Positions 1 through 8,377 of a stretch of DNA of 35,206 nucleotides are shown here, one piece after another. The notes below the pieces were generated by a model. It was not told the origin of the DNA. It was given only the letters and a program-made list of their open reading frames with translations, and did not search any database. Both the position numbers and the translations under genes were made by a program. Source of the DNA: a bacterium. Its GTDB lineage: Bacteria; Patescibacteriota; Saccharimonadia; Saccharimonadales; UBA4665. The stretch is taken from positions 1 to 35,206 of the forward strand of contig JAJZCO010000001.1 of NCBI GenBank assembly GCA_021846095.1, read 5' to 3'. Numbering within the stretch: the stretch's first letter is position 1; each line of letters begins with the position of its first letter.

Positions 1-60
1 CTGCGAAAAAGCAGCAAATAAATAAAAAGGGATACTTAAAATCAAGATAGATTTAATCAT
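1..60 (-). CDS. First 20 codons of an ORF running off the left edge (MIKSILILSIPFYLFAAFSQ..., hydrophobic)
   Basis: The reverse complement of 1-60 reads ATG plus 19 sense codons without a stop. No clear RBS. Too short to name. Confidence 0.2.
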   Translation of the reverse strand, partial: MIKSILILSIPFYLFAAFSQ

Positions 61-682
61 TACACTTTTTATTTTATCTAATTTTGCTAAATATAACTAA
101 AACTTTAAAGCTACAATCAAGAATTGGAAACCTACTTAAAGGTTGAATCTAAATATATAAATCTGGCTGGTTCATTACCACTCAAGTCGATTGTTACTAC
201 TATTTGGCATTTAACTATAAATAAATTTTCTACGAAATTTAGACTACTTAAATCTTTAAATGAAATAAAAATCATTCTGGCCATTAATATATCTACACCT
301 CTGATACTGATTCAAATTATTAAACCTTGACAACTTATAACTTGAATTACTCATGAATTCGCCATTAGATAATTAACTAAAAATAACCGACTCAGGACAT
401 ACTGTTTTATAAAAATAATATTTTCTAGACTATTAGAAGACTTCTCGAAATTAGCGACCATTTTAATCCTTCCGAAAAATTGTAACCGGTAAATTGGTTT
501 TTATATTGTTTAAGTTTCAGTCCTAGCTAGCTCGCACTTGAATATCTGGAGATAGCTATGCCTTGACTAATTGTTTCCTAAAATAAGGGACTTGGTGGAT
601 TAAACAAAAATATGAAAATACTTAAGAAGAATTATAGTTAATAGAACTATCGAAGAAGTAAATTCTGGATATTTAAATTTAT

Positions 683-709
683 TTGGCATTGTCGTTATTA
701 GTCTATAAT
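683..709 (+). promoter_or_regulatory. Candidate sigma70-type promoter for the 717 gene, possibly giving a leaderless mRNA
   Basis: TTGGCA at 683-688 and TATAAT at 704-709 with a short 15-nt spacer. The ATG at 717 lies only 7 nt after the -10 box and there is no RBS. Confidence 0.3.
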
Positions 710-716
710 AATCTTA

Positions 717-1724
717 ATGAAACATAATAAATTAACTAACATATTTAATAAAATAATCCTTGTTAGCCTAATAATTTTAGTAAGCTTAAGTGCACTAATT
801 TACTTAAATTTCAGTAGGCTCAATAACCTTATATTTGATTCCTATCAAAATGAATTAAAAAATAACTCTAGTGCTTTAATGAATCTTTATTTTAAGGCTT
901 ATTCCGATAATTTAAGCAGCTTTTTAAACCAATCTATCAATAGTCTTGAGAATATTGCCTCAGATTCTTACGTTCTAAGCTCGGTACTAAGCAATAATCA
1001 GCTAGTACTTTCATCTTATTTGACTCAAGAAGAAACTTACCAACCTCAATTTCAAGATTTATCTATCTATAACTCTACTGGAAGTTTAATCGCAGCAAGT
1101 AGTAATTATGGAAACACCATCCAGTCTATTAACAATTTAAATCCAGCCGTGAAATATTTGTTCAATCAACCCAGTCCTCAAACTTCGCTAAATTATTCAA
1201 ATACCTCTAAGGTCTACATACTATCGATCTATACTCCTATCACTAATACTTCTGGGGGATATAGCGGAGCAGTCTTAGGTTCTATAGTAGTTCACAACAT
1301 ACCAAAATACACGAATTTTGACTATTCAAACCAGAATATTCATGCCTTTGTGATTGATTCTACAGGTAACATATTGTTCCAAGATAATAGTACGAAGGTC
1401 CCAAATCTCAACATTAATCACTATCCAGTCTTAAATAAACTACTCCTTAATTTAAACAATAGTAAAGATAGTATTAATTTTAATAATTTAGGTACCATAG
1501 CGATTGCTAAAAATATAACTACATCCGTAGTCGTACCATTGTTTATCATAACCTATGCCTCTAGCCAAAAATTGGCTTTAAATAGCAATCTTTCAATATC
1601 CAATATTGATCGATCTTCATATGGATTTATATTGTTAAACTTAGCGTTCTTTATAGTCTGTTTCCTGATAATAATATATGTTCTTATGCAATCGTCTAAA
1701 AACGAAAATTCTAAAAAACCCTAG
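717..1724 (+). CDS. Membrane protein with N- and C-terminal TM helices around an Asn/Ser-rich ectodomain; Cache-like sensor fold suspected, no output domain
   Basis: ORF track. TM segments IILVSLIILVSLSALIYL and FILLNLAFFIVCFLIIIYVL. The stretch AFVIDSTGNILFQDN resembles Cache-domain cores (weak recollection). The cytoplasmic tail is only about 12 aa. Confidence 0.55.
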   Translation: MKHNKLTNIFNKIILVSLIILVSLSALIYLNFSRLNNLIFDSYQNELKNNSSALMNLYFKAYSDNLSSFLNQSINSLENIASDSYVLSSVLSNNQLVLSSYLTQEETYQPQFQDLSIYNSTGSLIAASSNYGNTIQSINNLNPAVKYLFNQPSPQTSLNYSNTSKVYILSIYTPITNTSGGYSGAVLGSIVVHNIPKYTNFDYSNQNIHAFVIDSTGNILFQDNSTKVPNLNINHYPVLNKLLLNLNNSKDSINFNNLGTIAIAKNITTSVVVPLFIITYASSQKLALNSNLSISNIDRSSYGFILLNLAFFIVCFLIIIYVLMQSSKNENSKKP

Positions 1725-1772
1725 GAGAGTACTTGTGTGGTAGAATAAATAGATAAAAATAAAATATCAAAA

Positions 1773-2849
1773 ATGAGTCATAAATCTCAGCTAAAAAATA
1801 AACATCAAGTCCTAAAGAAAACCAAAAAAAAGTTATTTCGAAAGAGACTACCTTTTTACAAAAAAATCTTACTACATCCAGTGAGTATTTTTATTACAAT
1901 TGGAATTGGTGTTTTGATATTTGGCTCAGTTTTTATTAGTAATGCCGACAGTTATAATGTGACAGCCACCGTTCAAGCTCCTAGTTTAGCAATTGGGGCC
2001 TATATTAAATATCCACTAAACGGAAATCAGGTACACACTTCTCCTCTAAATATTAGCGGCACCTGTCCCAATAAGTCTTATATTGAATTAATCCGAAACG
2101 GATACCCTAGTGGTTATGCAAATTGTTCATCTCAAGAAACTTTTCAGATCCTGAGTGACTTAAGTATTGGAACAAACGATCTTCAAGTCCGGTCTTATAA
2201 CATAACTAATCAGCGTGGACCTTCGACCCCATCTATTAGGATTGCTTATTCCGTCATTTCATCCTCTAATAGTAATTCAACTATTGAAGTTAACAATTCT
2301 CCTATCACATCTATTGGAAGTATATCTCCAATCGGTACTACTAAAGCACCAACTACACCTTTAATCTTAGGTAGCACCTATCATTATCGATCGTTCTTAA
2401 GCGGTAATCAATTTCATTGGGGGATTGACTTAAAAGGTGGAAATCCACCCTATGTCGTAACTATTACTTGGGGTGACGGTCAAACTTCTAGTCTGTTAAT
2501 TCAGAACGATCCCCTGTTTGATATTACACATGACTATCAGAAACCGGGTAACTATTCAGTGATAGTTTCAGCAGTTGATAGCAGTGGAGAAAAGTCTACA
2601 TTTCAAATACCCGCAGTTATATCTAAAGCTATCGCTCTGATCCATGCAACAAATAATAAAACACTTGTAAAAGCTGAATCACTTCCTAATAGAATTAACA
2701 ATGACCTGAATAATTGGGTATGGATAACCTGGCCGACATATGGAATATTAATTTTGATGATGATTAGTTTCTGGTTGGGCGAAAAAGAAGAATATAAAAT
2801 CGTATTTAATAAGCACAGAAATTATTCCAAAAGAATTCATCACAATTAA
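1773..2849 (+). CDS. Membrane-anchored surface protein with a PKD-like Ig domain
   Basis: Basic N-terminus followed by the TM helix ILLHPVSIFITIGIGVLIFGSVFI. PKD-type signature GGNPPYVVTITWGDGQTSS...HDYQKPGNYSVIVSAVDSSGEKS. Second TM near the C-terminus (WVWITWPTYGILILMMISFWL). Confidence 0.7.
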   Translation: MSHKSQLKNKHQVLKKTKKKLFRKRLPFYKKILLHPVSIFITIGIGVLIFGSVFISNADSYNVTATVQAPSLAIGAYIKYPLNGNQVHTSPLNISGTCPNKSYIELIRNGYPSGYANCSSQETFQILSDLSIGTNDLQVRSYNITNQRGPSTPSIRIAYSVISSSNSNSTIEVNNSPITSIGSISPIGTTKAPTTPLILGSTYHYRSFLSGNQFHWGIDLKGGNPPYVVTITWGDGQTSSLLIQNDPLFDITHDYQKPGNYSVIVSAVDSSGEKSTFQIPAVISKAIALIHATNNKTLVKAESLPNRINNDLNNWVWITWPTYGILILMMISFWLGEKEEYKIVFNKHRNYSKRIHHN

Positions 2850-2877
2850 ACAAATCCTCATTATTTAATAAGTTTTC

Positions 2878-5592
2878 TTAAAAAATAGTAGTACCTACTT
2901 CTGCAACTACATACCAATTTGTTCCGTTGGATTGAAGTGTGACTGATTCATTTTGAGTACTTAAAGCTAACGTAGTCGCCCCATCAATAGTCCCTCCTCC
3001 CGATGCAATGGTAATAGTTCCAGTCGCTATATTTTTAATCGTATACTCCCGACCTGTAATTCCAGAGGCACTGGGTAGTGTAATTGTAATTGTACCGCTA
3101 GCCAGAATAGTGGAATCTGTAGCCGTAATAGTATAGTTAGCCGTTTCAGTCGATATAGCAGTAGCAATAGGACCATTAACATCAAGTAAAGTAGTAGGAG
3201 TAACAAGGTTAATTCCGACCTGACTATTTCTGACGGTCATTGTAAATTGTCCACTGGTATTTCCAAAATCTAGCCCTCCAGAAGTATTACGATAAGCAAT
3301 ATCTCCAGTCGGAGCATTAGTATACCATTCCCCAGTGGACTGGACATATCCTATCCAAGCATTATTTCCAGCACCGCCTGATCCTAGTCCAGAGGCTCCT
3401 GTAGTCGGTAAATTAATCCAAGTTCCATTAAGAAAAGAAGAAATAGCAGCACCACCAGCAAAATTAACGGTTCCAGTAAAAGATTTAATACCAGCAAAAC
3501 TCTGAGTAGTTGTATTAACTAAACCGGCATCAGATACACTAGCAGACTGCAAGAATAAGCTAGATCCAGAAATAGCCGCTCCGTTCGCACTTACTGTACC
3601 TCCATCCAATGTACCGATTGATGAAATGCCCCCAGAAGCACTTGAACAAGCTCCAAAGATTAACTGAGTAGCGGTTGTAGAACCAGACTCTAAACATTGA
3701 TTGACTAAAGGAGCTGAGATAGGCAAGTTCAAAACATATGAACCTGAAGGATTAGTAGATGGAGCTGTGAGGCCAACCGTGTTTGTTCCCCCAGATGAAT
3801 AAAAAGTTACTAGACCGGAACTAGACCCAGCTGTTCCAATCAATATACTACTATTAAAAGTTTTTGCACCGCTAAAAAACTGAGCAGTATTATTAACTAA
3901 ACCCGGGTAACTACTACTAGCTGACTGAAGGTACATAACTGTTCCTACAATTGTTGCTCCACTACTATTAGCAGTCCCACCGTCCAATGCACCAACCGAT
4001 GTTACTCCACCAGTTCCACCAGTTCCAGAGCACGACGCGAAAGTTAACTGAGTTGCTGTTACAGATCCCGATTCTAGACATTGATTAGTAGATGGGACAG
4101 TAATCGGTAAAGCTAGTTGATAGGATGATGAAGGATTAGTAGATGGAGCTGTGAGGCCAACCGTGTTTGTTCCCCCAGATGAGTTTAATACAATATTTCC
4201 CGATATTGAACCAGGGATACCTACTATTAACTGGGCTGTCTGTGAATCGAATTGTAAAATTGATACCGCGGATGAATTCTGAATCATAAAGGCATTAGTA
4301 GTTGAACTAGTCGTTTGTATGGTTTCCGTAGCTGTTGGACTAGCGGTATCTACTCCTAAATTACCATATCTGAGTGCAGTAGTACCGTTGCCAATGATTA
4401 AGTTAGGATTAGCAGCAGGACCAATCTGAAATTCTCCACCACAGTTATTTGTACCAAATATATCCGCACAACGATGTTCGTAGCGGATATTTTGCTGGGC
4501 TCCACTGGAAGGCAGAAAACCGAAATCAACAAGATCAATTGAGGGATTAGAAAAAATTGCACCATTTGAGCCAGTTCTATTTTCAAGAGACATCGAAACA
4601 TTGCCATATTGATCACCGGTCTCTGCTATTGTCAAGCCAGTTGATCCCGTTATAGTACTGTTGGCAGTACTTAAAGATATATTACCACTAGTAGTAATTC
4701 CCCCACTCACCTGAAAAGAATTACCACCTACAGTGGGTGTTTCGTTAATCCCAACCAAATTATTTACAGTATCTATTACTAAATTATTCGATGTTCCGAG
4801 ACTATCTTGTACCTGAAAAGCAGTCGTACTATCTATGGCGTCCTTGAAGGTTACTCCACCATTTACTGTCAATGTTTTATTGGTAGCTACTACTGTGTTT
4901 TGATTTAAATCAATAGTTGTGGCGTTCGTGGAACCAATGGACAATGCCTCAGAGGATGGAGTATCAATAGAAGGGCTTTGGATATCGGTAATTCCTTGCA
5001 ATATATTAGCAATGCCTGTTCCAGATAAATTAAAATTACCCAATTGAGCAGTTCCAGGATTAGTGTTTTGAAGTTGTAAAAATTGAGATGCACTTAATCC
5101 ACCCAGTTCTCCTGAATTAAAGGAATATGGGGTAGAAGTAAGCAAAATATAAGGACTCATTACACCATCGCCACCACAATTTGCCGTAAAGTTTCCAGCT
5201 GGCGTGCAACTAGACGTATTGCCTATTTGAATAGATAAATATAATGGATAAGTATTCCACGGGATACTTGATCCAAAAGGATTAACAGACCCTAAATTAA
5301 CTTGAAATATTCCACTCGAAAAATTAACAGCTTGAGAATTACTAACTAGATAATCCTCCTTCCAAACGCTCGTACACCCGGTTCCAGTATTAGAAGTACA
5401 CCCAGTATATATCTGAAATTCGACATTATAACTTCCATCAGGGATATTAATTCCAGAATTTCCAACAATTTTTCCTTCAAAACTTAATTCTTGATTAATT
5501 CCAGTAGCGGCAAATATTTTAATTGTACCCAACAACAAAACACCAATAATTAAAAGTAACAATAACGCAGTACACAATCCGAGTTTCTTCAT
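2878..5592 (-). CDS. Large secreted or anchored Gly/Thr/Ser/Asn-rich fibre-like surface protein (about 904 aa from the preferred start)
   Basis: The ORF track gives 2878-5661. The ATG at 5592 (MKKLGLCTALLLLLIIGVLLLG...) provides a signal-anchor directly, so it is preferred. Low-complexity beta-rich sequence with internal 128-aa tandem repeats. The C-terminal block YTITATDSTILASGTITITLPSASGITGREYTIKNIATGTITIASGGGTIDG...WYVV is reminiscent of tail-fibre or adhesin tips. Confidence 0.8.
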   Translation of the reverse strand: MKKLGLCTALLLLLIIGVLLLGTIKIFAATGINQELSFEGKIVGNSGINIPDGSYNVEFQIYTGCTSNTGTGCTSVWKEDYLVSNSQAVNFSSGIFQVNLGSVNPFGSSIPWNTYPLYLSIQIGNTSSCTPAGNFTANCGGDGVMSPYILLTSTPYSFNSGELGGLSASQFLQLQNTNPGTAQLGNFNLSGTGIANILQGITDIQSPSIDTPSSEALSIGSTNATTIDLNQNTVVATNKTLTVNGGVTFKDAIDSTTAFQVQDSLGTSNNLVIDTVNNLVGINETPTVGGNSFQVSGGITTSGNISLSTANSTITGSTGLTIAETGDQYGNVSMSLENRTGSNGAIFSNPSIDLVDFGFLPSSGAQQNIRYEHRCADIFGTNNCGGEFQIGPAANPNLIIGNGTTALRYGNLGVDTASPTATETIQTTSSTTNAFMIQNSSAVSILQFDSQTAQLIVGIPGSISGNIVLNSSGGTNTVGLTAPSTNPSSSYQLALPITVPSTNQCLESGSVTATQLTFASCSGTGGTGGVTSVGALDGGTANSSGATIVGTVMYLQSASSSYPGLVNNTAQFFSGAKTFNSSILIGTAGSSSGLVTFYSSGGTNTVGLTAPSTNPSGSYVLNLPISAPLVNQCLESGSTTATQLIFGACSSASGGISSIGTLDGGTVSANGAAISGSSLFLQSASVSDAGLVNTTTQSFAGIKSFTGTVNFAGGAAISSFLNGTWINLPTTGASGLGSGGAGNNAWIGYVQSTGEWYTNAPTGDIAYRNTSGGLDFGNTSGQFTMTVRNSQVGINLVTPTTLLDVNGPIATAISTETANYTITATDSTILASGTITITLPSASGITGREYTIKNIATGTITIASGGGTIDGATTLALSTQNESVTLQSNGTNWYVVAEVGTTIF
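3415..4185 (-). repeat. Two tandem 384-nt (128-aa) repeat units inside the fibre gene
   Basis: The 54-nt blocks 3745-3798 and 4129-4182 are identical (tgaaggattagtagatggagctgtgaggccaaccgtgtttgttcccccagatga), offset exactly 384 nt. Protein units: SSGGTNTVGLTAPSTNPS(S/G)SY...NQCLESGS.TATQL.F..CS. Confidence 0.85.
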
Positions 5593-5699
5593 TTTATATA
5601 ATCTATCCCTCATCTTCCCCTGTTGATAATTATACCAAACGTAAGCGTCAAGTGGTATCAATTCTAAGTAAAATGTTGGTCACTAACCATATTTAAATC

Positions 5700-6015
5700 A
5701 TTAGGAGGCACTTATTAAGGGGACGTACAACTCGGGCATTAACTCAGTTGTATCTTGGATTACGTAACTACACGTGGTTCATTAGTACTTGATTCATATT
5801 ATCTGACCGAGAAACAGGAGTATTATAATGCTCTCCACGGAGTACAAGAGTATATTTATAAAACTGCTGCAAAAACTAACCTCGACTCCTGGATTAAATA
5901 TTTTGCAAATAGATTTTTGTCATCTGCCAAAATATTGGCAACAGAGATTACAGTATTATCTAGCGTTCTAGGGACGAAGCGAGTTCCACAGAAAATTGTC
6001 CCACTCCTCATATAA
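5700..6015 (+). pseudogene. Fic/DOC-family remnant (C-terminal part only)
   Basis: The ORF 5755-6015 has only a TTG start. LVLDSYYLTEKQEYYNAL...DSWIKYFANRFLSSAKILATEI resembles the region after the Fic motif (pvLylS.y....k..YY.lL ... W..w..yfl). The upstream frame is broken by stops where HPFxxGNGR would lie. Confidence 0.3.
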
Positions 6016-6240
6016 TGAACACACTGTCTTAGCTAAAACAGTATAATTAAGTAAACAAGTAGAACAACACCCGACCACGACTGAAGCTTTATTCGTGCAC
6101 TACGAGATCAAACGTACACTAAGTAATCCAATAATAGAGTACTCGCGTTATGTCTTAAATAAAGGCAGTTTTTTTGAAAAATCAAAACTAGTAAAAAGGG
6201 TAAAAATAAATTGATGATTAAAAATGGAATAATTATACTT

Positions 6241-6998
6241 TCAAGATAAGCTTATATTATTATCATTTATAAATTTCAGAATACTATAGCCAGGTACTAT
6301 AACGGCTAACGATGCGCTTTGGCTCATGTTTGTCGGCTGACCAATTTCATCCAAAACACTTGTTAATCTTGAAGCTGTAAGCATACCTATAATCTTGGCG
6401 TCTTGAAGTCTATATACAGGCCCTCCACCATTACCAGGATTACTAGTGACATCACCTCAAAATAACATTCATATTTTTATGGAATAATAGTCCAATTATT
6501 AGCTATGTGTCCACTATTAGTTACTCAACTTGGCTCTCCTAAAGGATAGTCGGATATAGCAATTGCTTCTCCATTTTTGAGCCTACTACCCAAAAGATCG
6601 GCTGATTTGGAAACTGTTACTGGATCGGCTTCACCACCTACTCTAATATTTATATTGAAAAGATTACCTGTTCTTAGTTTTAGAAGAGTTAAATCGTTTT
6701 TTGGATCTCTAGATATAATATCGAATTCCGCACCAGAAAATGAAGCCATAACCTTTAGATCTTCTCTGTCTACGCTTTCCCCTGCAAAAGCCACGAAAAG
6801 CTTACCTTGGCCATGGACTTTAACTATAACTTTTTTACCGTAGCTACTCACATGTAGAGCTGTAATCAGAAAACTCTCTTTCGATATAGCAAAAGCCGTA
6901 CCAAGAGAGCTATAAACGTATGCTATTTGGTTGATGCAAAGTTACTTGTATCGGAATATGGCTGGCTTTATTTTATTAATTGCATCAGTAAGGGTCAT
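6241..6998 (-). pseudogene. Decayed trypsin-like (S1/DegP-type) serine peptidase
   Basis: Minus strand: ATG at 6998 and an in-frame TAA at 6942-6944. GTAFAISKESFLITALHV carries the catalytic His box and NDLTLLKL the Asp box. TGA stop at 6522-6524, a further TAA, then a frameshift. GDVTSNPGNGGGPVY follows in another frame, down to the TGA at 6241-6243. The Ser codon of GNSGGP is GGT (6427-6429). Confidence 0.7.
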
Positions 6999-7138
6999 AC
7001 ATGATCATAGTCATTAAAGTAATTATGGAATACAATCTAGTTTACGCGTGTGTCACCCTCACAAAGAGGAGCAGGCATTCCTGGAACCACATACAAGAAG
7101 TAATTTTGCTGTATTCAACGATTTTACCTGGTTCGAGC

Positions 7139-7185
7139 CAAAGGGGACAGAACTCGAACCTAATTACAGAGATGAAATTTGAAGA
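7139..7185 (-). other. tRNA 3'-half-like fragment (T-arm copy), not a functional tRNA
   Basis: The minus strand reads ...tttcatctctgtaattAGGTTCGAGTTCTGTCCCCtttgg. The tRNA-fMet 3' half 55 nt away reads AGGTTCGAGTCCTGTCCCCgcaacca. No D-arm or acceptor 5' strand is present. Confidence 0.4.
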
Positions 7186-7237
7186 AGTAATAAAAAAACT
7201 GATCTAAGACTCGGCCTACCCCTGTTGGTGCATGTTC

Positions 7238-7312
7238 TGGTTGCGGGGACAGGACTCGAACCTGCGACCTCGTGGTTATGAGCCACGCGAGCTGCCGCTG
7301 CTCCACCCCGCT
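7238..7312 (-). tRNA. Initiator tRNA-fMet (anticodon CAT), CCA encoded
   Basis: AGCGGGGTGGAGCAGCGGCAGCTCGCGTGGCTCATAACCACGAGGTCGCAGGTTCGAGTCCTGTCCCCGCAACCA folds as a cloverleaf. Nearly identical to the E. coli tRNA-fMet acceptor and D arms. Unpaired 1:72 (A1/A72) and the A11:U24 pair are initiator hallmarks. Confidence 0.9.
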
Positions 7313-7330
7313 ATGATTTTTCTTTTCTAT

Positions 7331-7358
7331 ATCTTATCACAGATAACTTAATTGTCAA
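7331..7358 (-). promoter_or_regulatory. Candidate promoter of tRNA-fMet
   Basis: Minus strand: TTGACA (7353-7358), 16-nt spacer, TGaTAAGAT extended -10 (hexamer at 7331-7336). It lies about 19 nt upstream of tRNA position 1. Confidence 0.45.
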
Positions 7359-7368
7359 TCTAGGCTGC

Positions 7369-7728
7369 CTAGATTCTATCCCGAATTGCAACACCGAGTA
7401 GTTTTTCTCTAGCTAATATGTACTGTCTTTGCTGAATTGGTGTCCTGTAATTGTAGCGCTTTCTTGGTCGATTGTTTAGTTTTGTCTCAACTATTTTAAT
7501 ATGTCTGTTAGTTATTTTCTTAAAATCGCTTCGTTTAGGGAAGTACTGTCTAACTAAGCCATTGAGATTCTCATTAGACCCACGCTGATTACTACAGTAA
7601 GCATCAGCAAAGTAAATTTTAGCTTTAGTTCGGTTGTTTAGCTGTTCGTACTCAGCAAATTCATTACCTCGGTCATAGGTAATAGTATCCCAGTTAATCT
7701 TCCTGACGGAACAACAATAACTCTGCAT
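7369..7728 (-). pseudogene. IS30-family transposase remnant (C-terminal third of the DDE domain only)
   Basis: TYDRGNEFAEYEQL...IYFADAYCSNQRGSNENLNGLVRQYFPKRSDFKKIT...KLNNRPRKRYNYRTP matches the IS30 pattern (D.G.EF ... P..W.RG.NEN.NGL.RQY.PK ... LN.RPRK). No N-terminal HTH or first catalytic Asp lies upstream. Confidence 0.75.
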
Positions 7729-8377
7729 ATTATTTCAGACCAAATAACAACTAAAATAAGATTTCTAAAAAACAACCGAGTACTTGATTACCAAAAGATA
7801 CTAACACCAGAACAACTCCAGTTTTAAATTTGTGATGCTACTGTTTTAATCTTGGGTTAAAATACTGCCGCCCATGCAGGCTATTCTTAACATTAACATT
7901 GTTTATTTTTGAGAATTTATTTTTCGTTTGCTGTTTATTATTACAACGTCATACACTAGATACTGACTAAATAAAAGAAATACTGCTATCCTAAACTACA
8001 CAATATCAAGAAGCCAAATATATATACTGGTGCTAAATTAGAAATAACTACTGAGACGGCAACTTTAGTCCACCACACCCACTTCTATAAATTAATCAAT
8101 CGAAAATAGTCAGATAATGGTAGTAAGTTTCAAGCAAGTTATCTAGATTGTTATCGCTACTGTGTAGCTCACCTTACTATTTTAGGCGCTATAAGAAGAA
8201 TAAACAGGGGTATATCGAAAACTTCAACAAAACATACATTTAGTTTAATTAACTTTACTTTTATGAAAAATTTTGATTTATCAAAAAATAAACGATATAT
8301 TATACCTATATTAACTGAAAAAAAGTTGAAATAATTTTAAGTTAATATTTTTAGAATTATAAATTAAGGAGTAACAT

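Noticed and set aside
124-330. 68-aa ORF in the 650-bp spacer at the left end
   Set aside because: TTG start, no RBS, and low-complexity AT-driven sequence. It is most likely a chance ORF in AT-rich intergenic DNA.
1821-1830. Homopolymeric A/T tracts (A8 at about 1821; also T8 near 19868 and A8 near 22044) as phase-variation switches
   Set aside because: Runs of this length encode Lys/Phe stretches and are expected by composition in DNA with about 30% GC. No variation can be assessed from a single sequence.
4398-5093. Two same-strand ORFs (4398-4616 and 4905-5093) inside the fibre gene
   Set aside because: They are alternative frames of a clearly coding 2.7-kb gene. Their hydrophobic, Leu/Ile-rich products are typical frame artefacts.
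2878-5592. Diversity-generating retroelement targeting the fibre protein C-terminus
   Set aside because: No reverse transcriptase ORF exists anywhere in the window, and I found no template-repeat copy of the 3' end. The only internal repeat is the in-frame 384-nt tandem duplication.
5711-5745. A second tRNA 3'-end-like string (aaggggacgtacaactcggg) that could have been the far att site of an island
   Set aside because: The similarity to the tRNA T-arm is only about 14 scattered bases. The same DNA is better explained as the degraded Fic-motif region of the Fic-like remnant.
6577-6843. 88-aa plus-strand ORF
   Set aside because: It is antisense to the protease pseudogene, whose minus-strand frame carries recognisable His and Asp boxes.
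6241-6998. Stop-codon reassignment (for example UGA=Gly as in some CPR lineages) as the explanation for the in-frame stops in the protease
   Set aside because: Two of the three in-frame stops are TAA, and a frameshift is also required. All long housekeeping ORFs in the window are complete under the standard code.
7001-7207. 68-aa plus-strand ORF
   Set aside because: It overlaps the tRNA-like fragment on the opposite strand, has no RBS and shows no recognisable motif. It sits in a decayed region.
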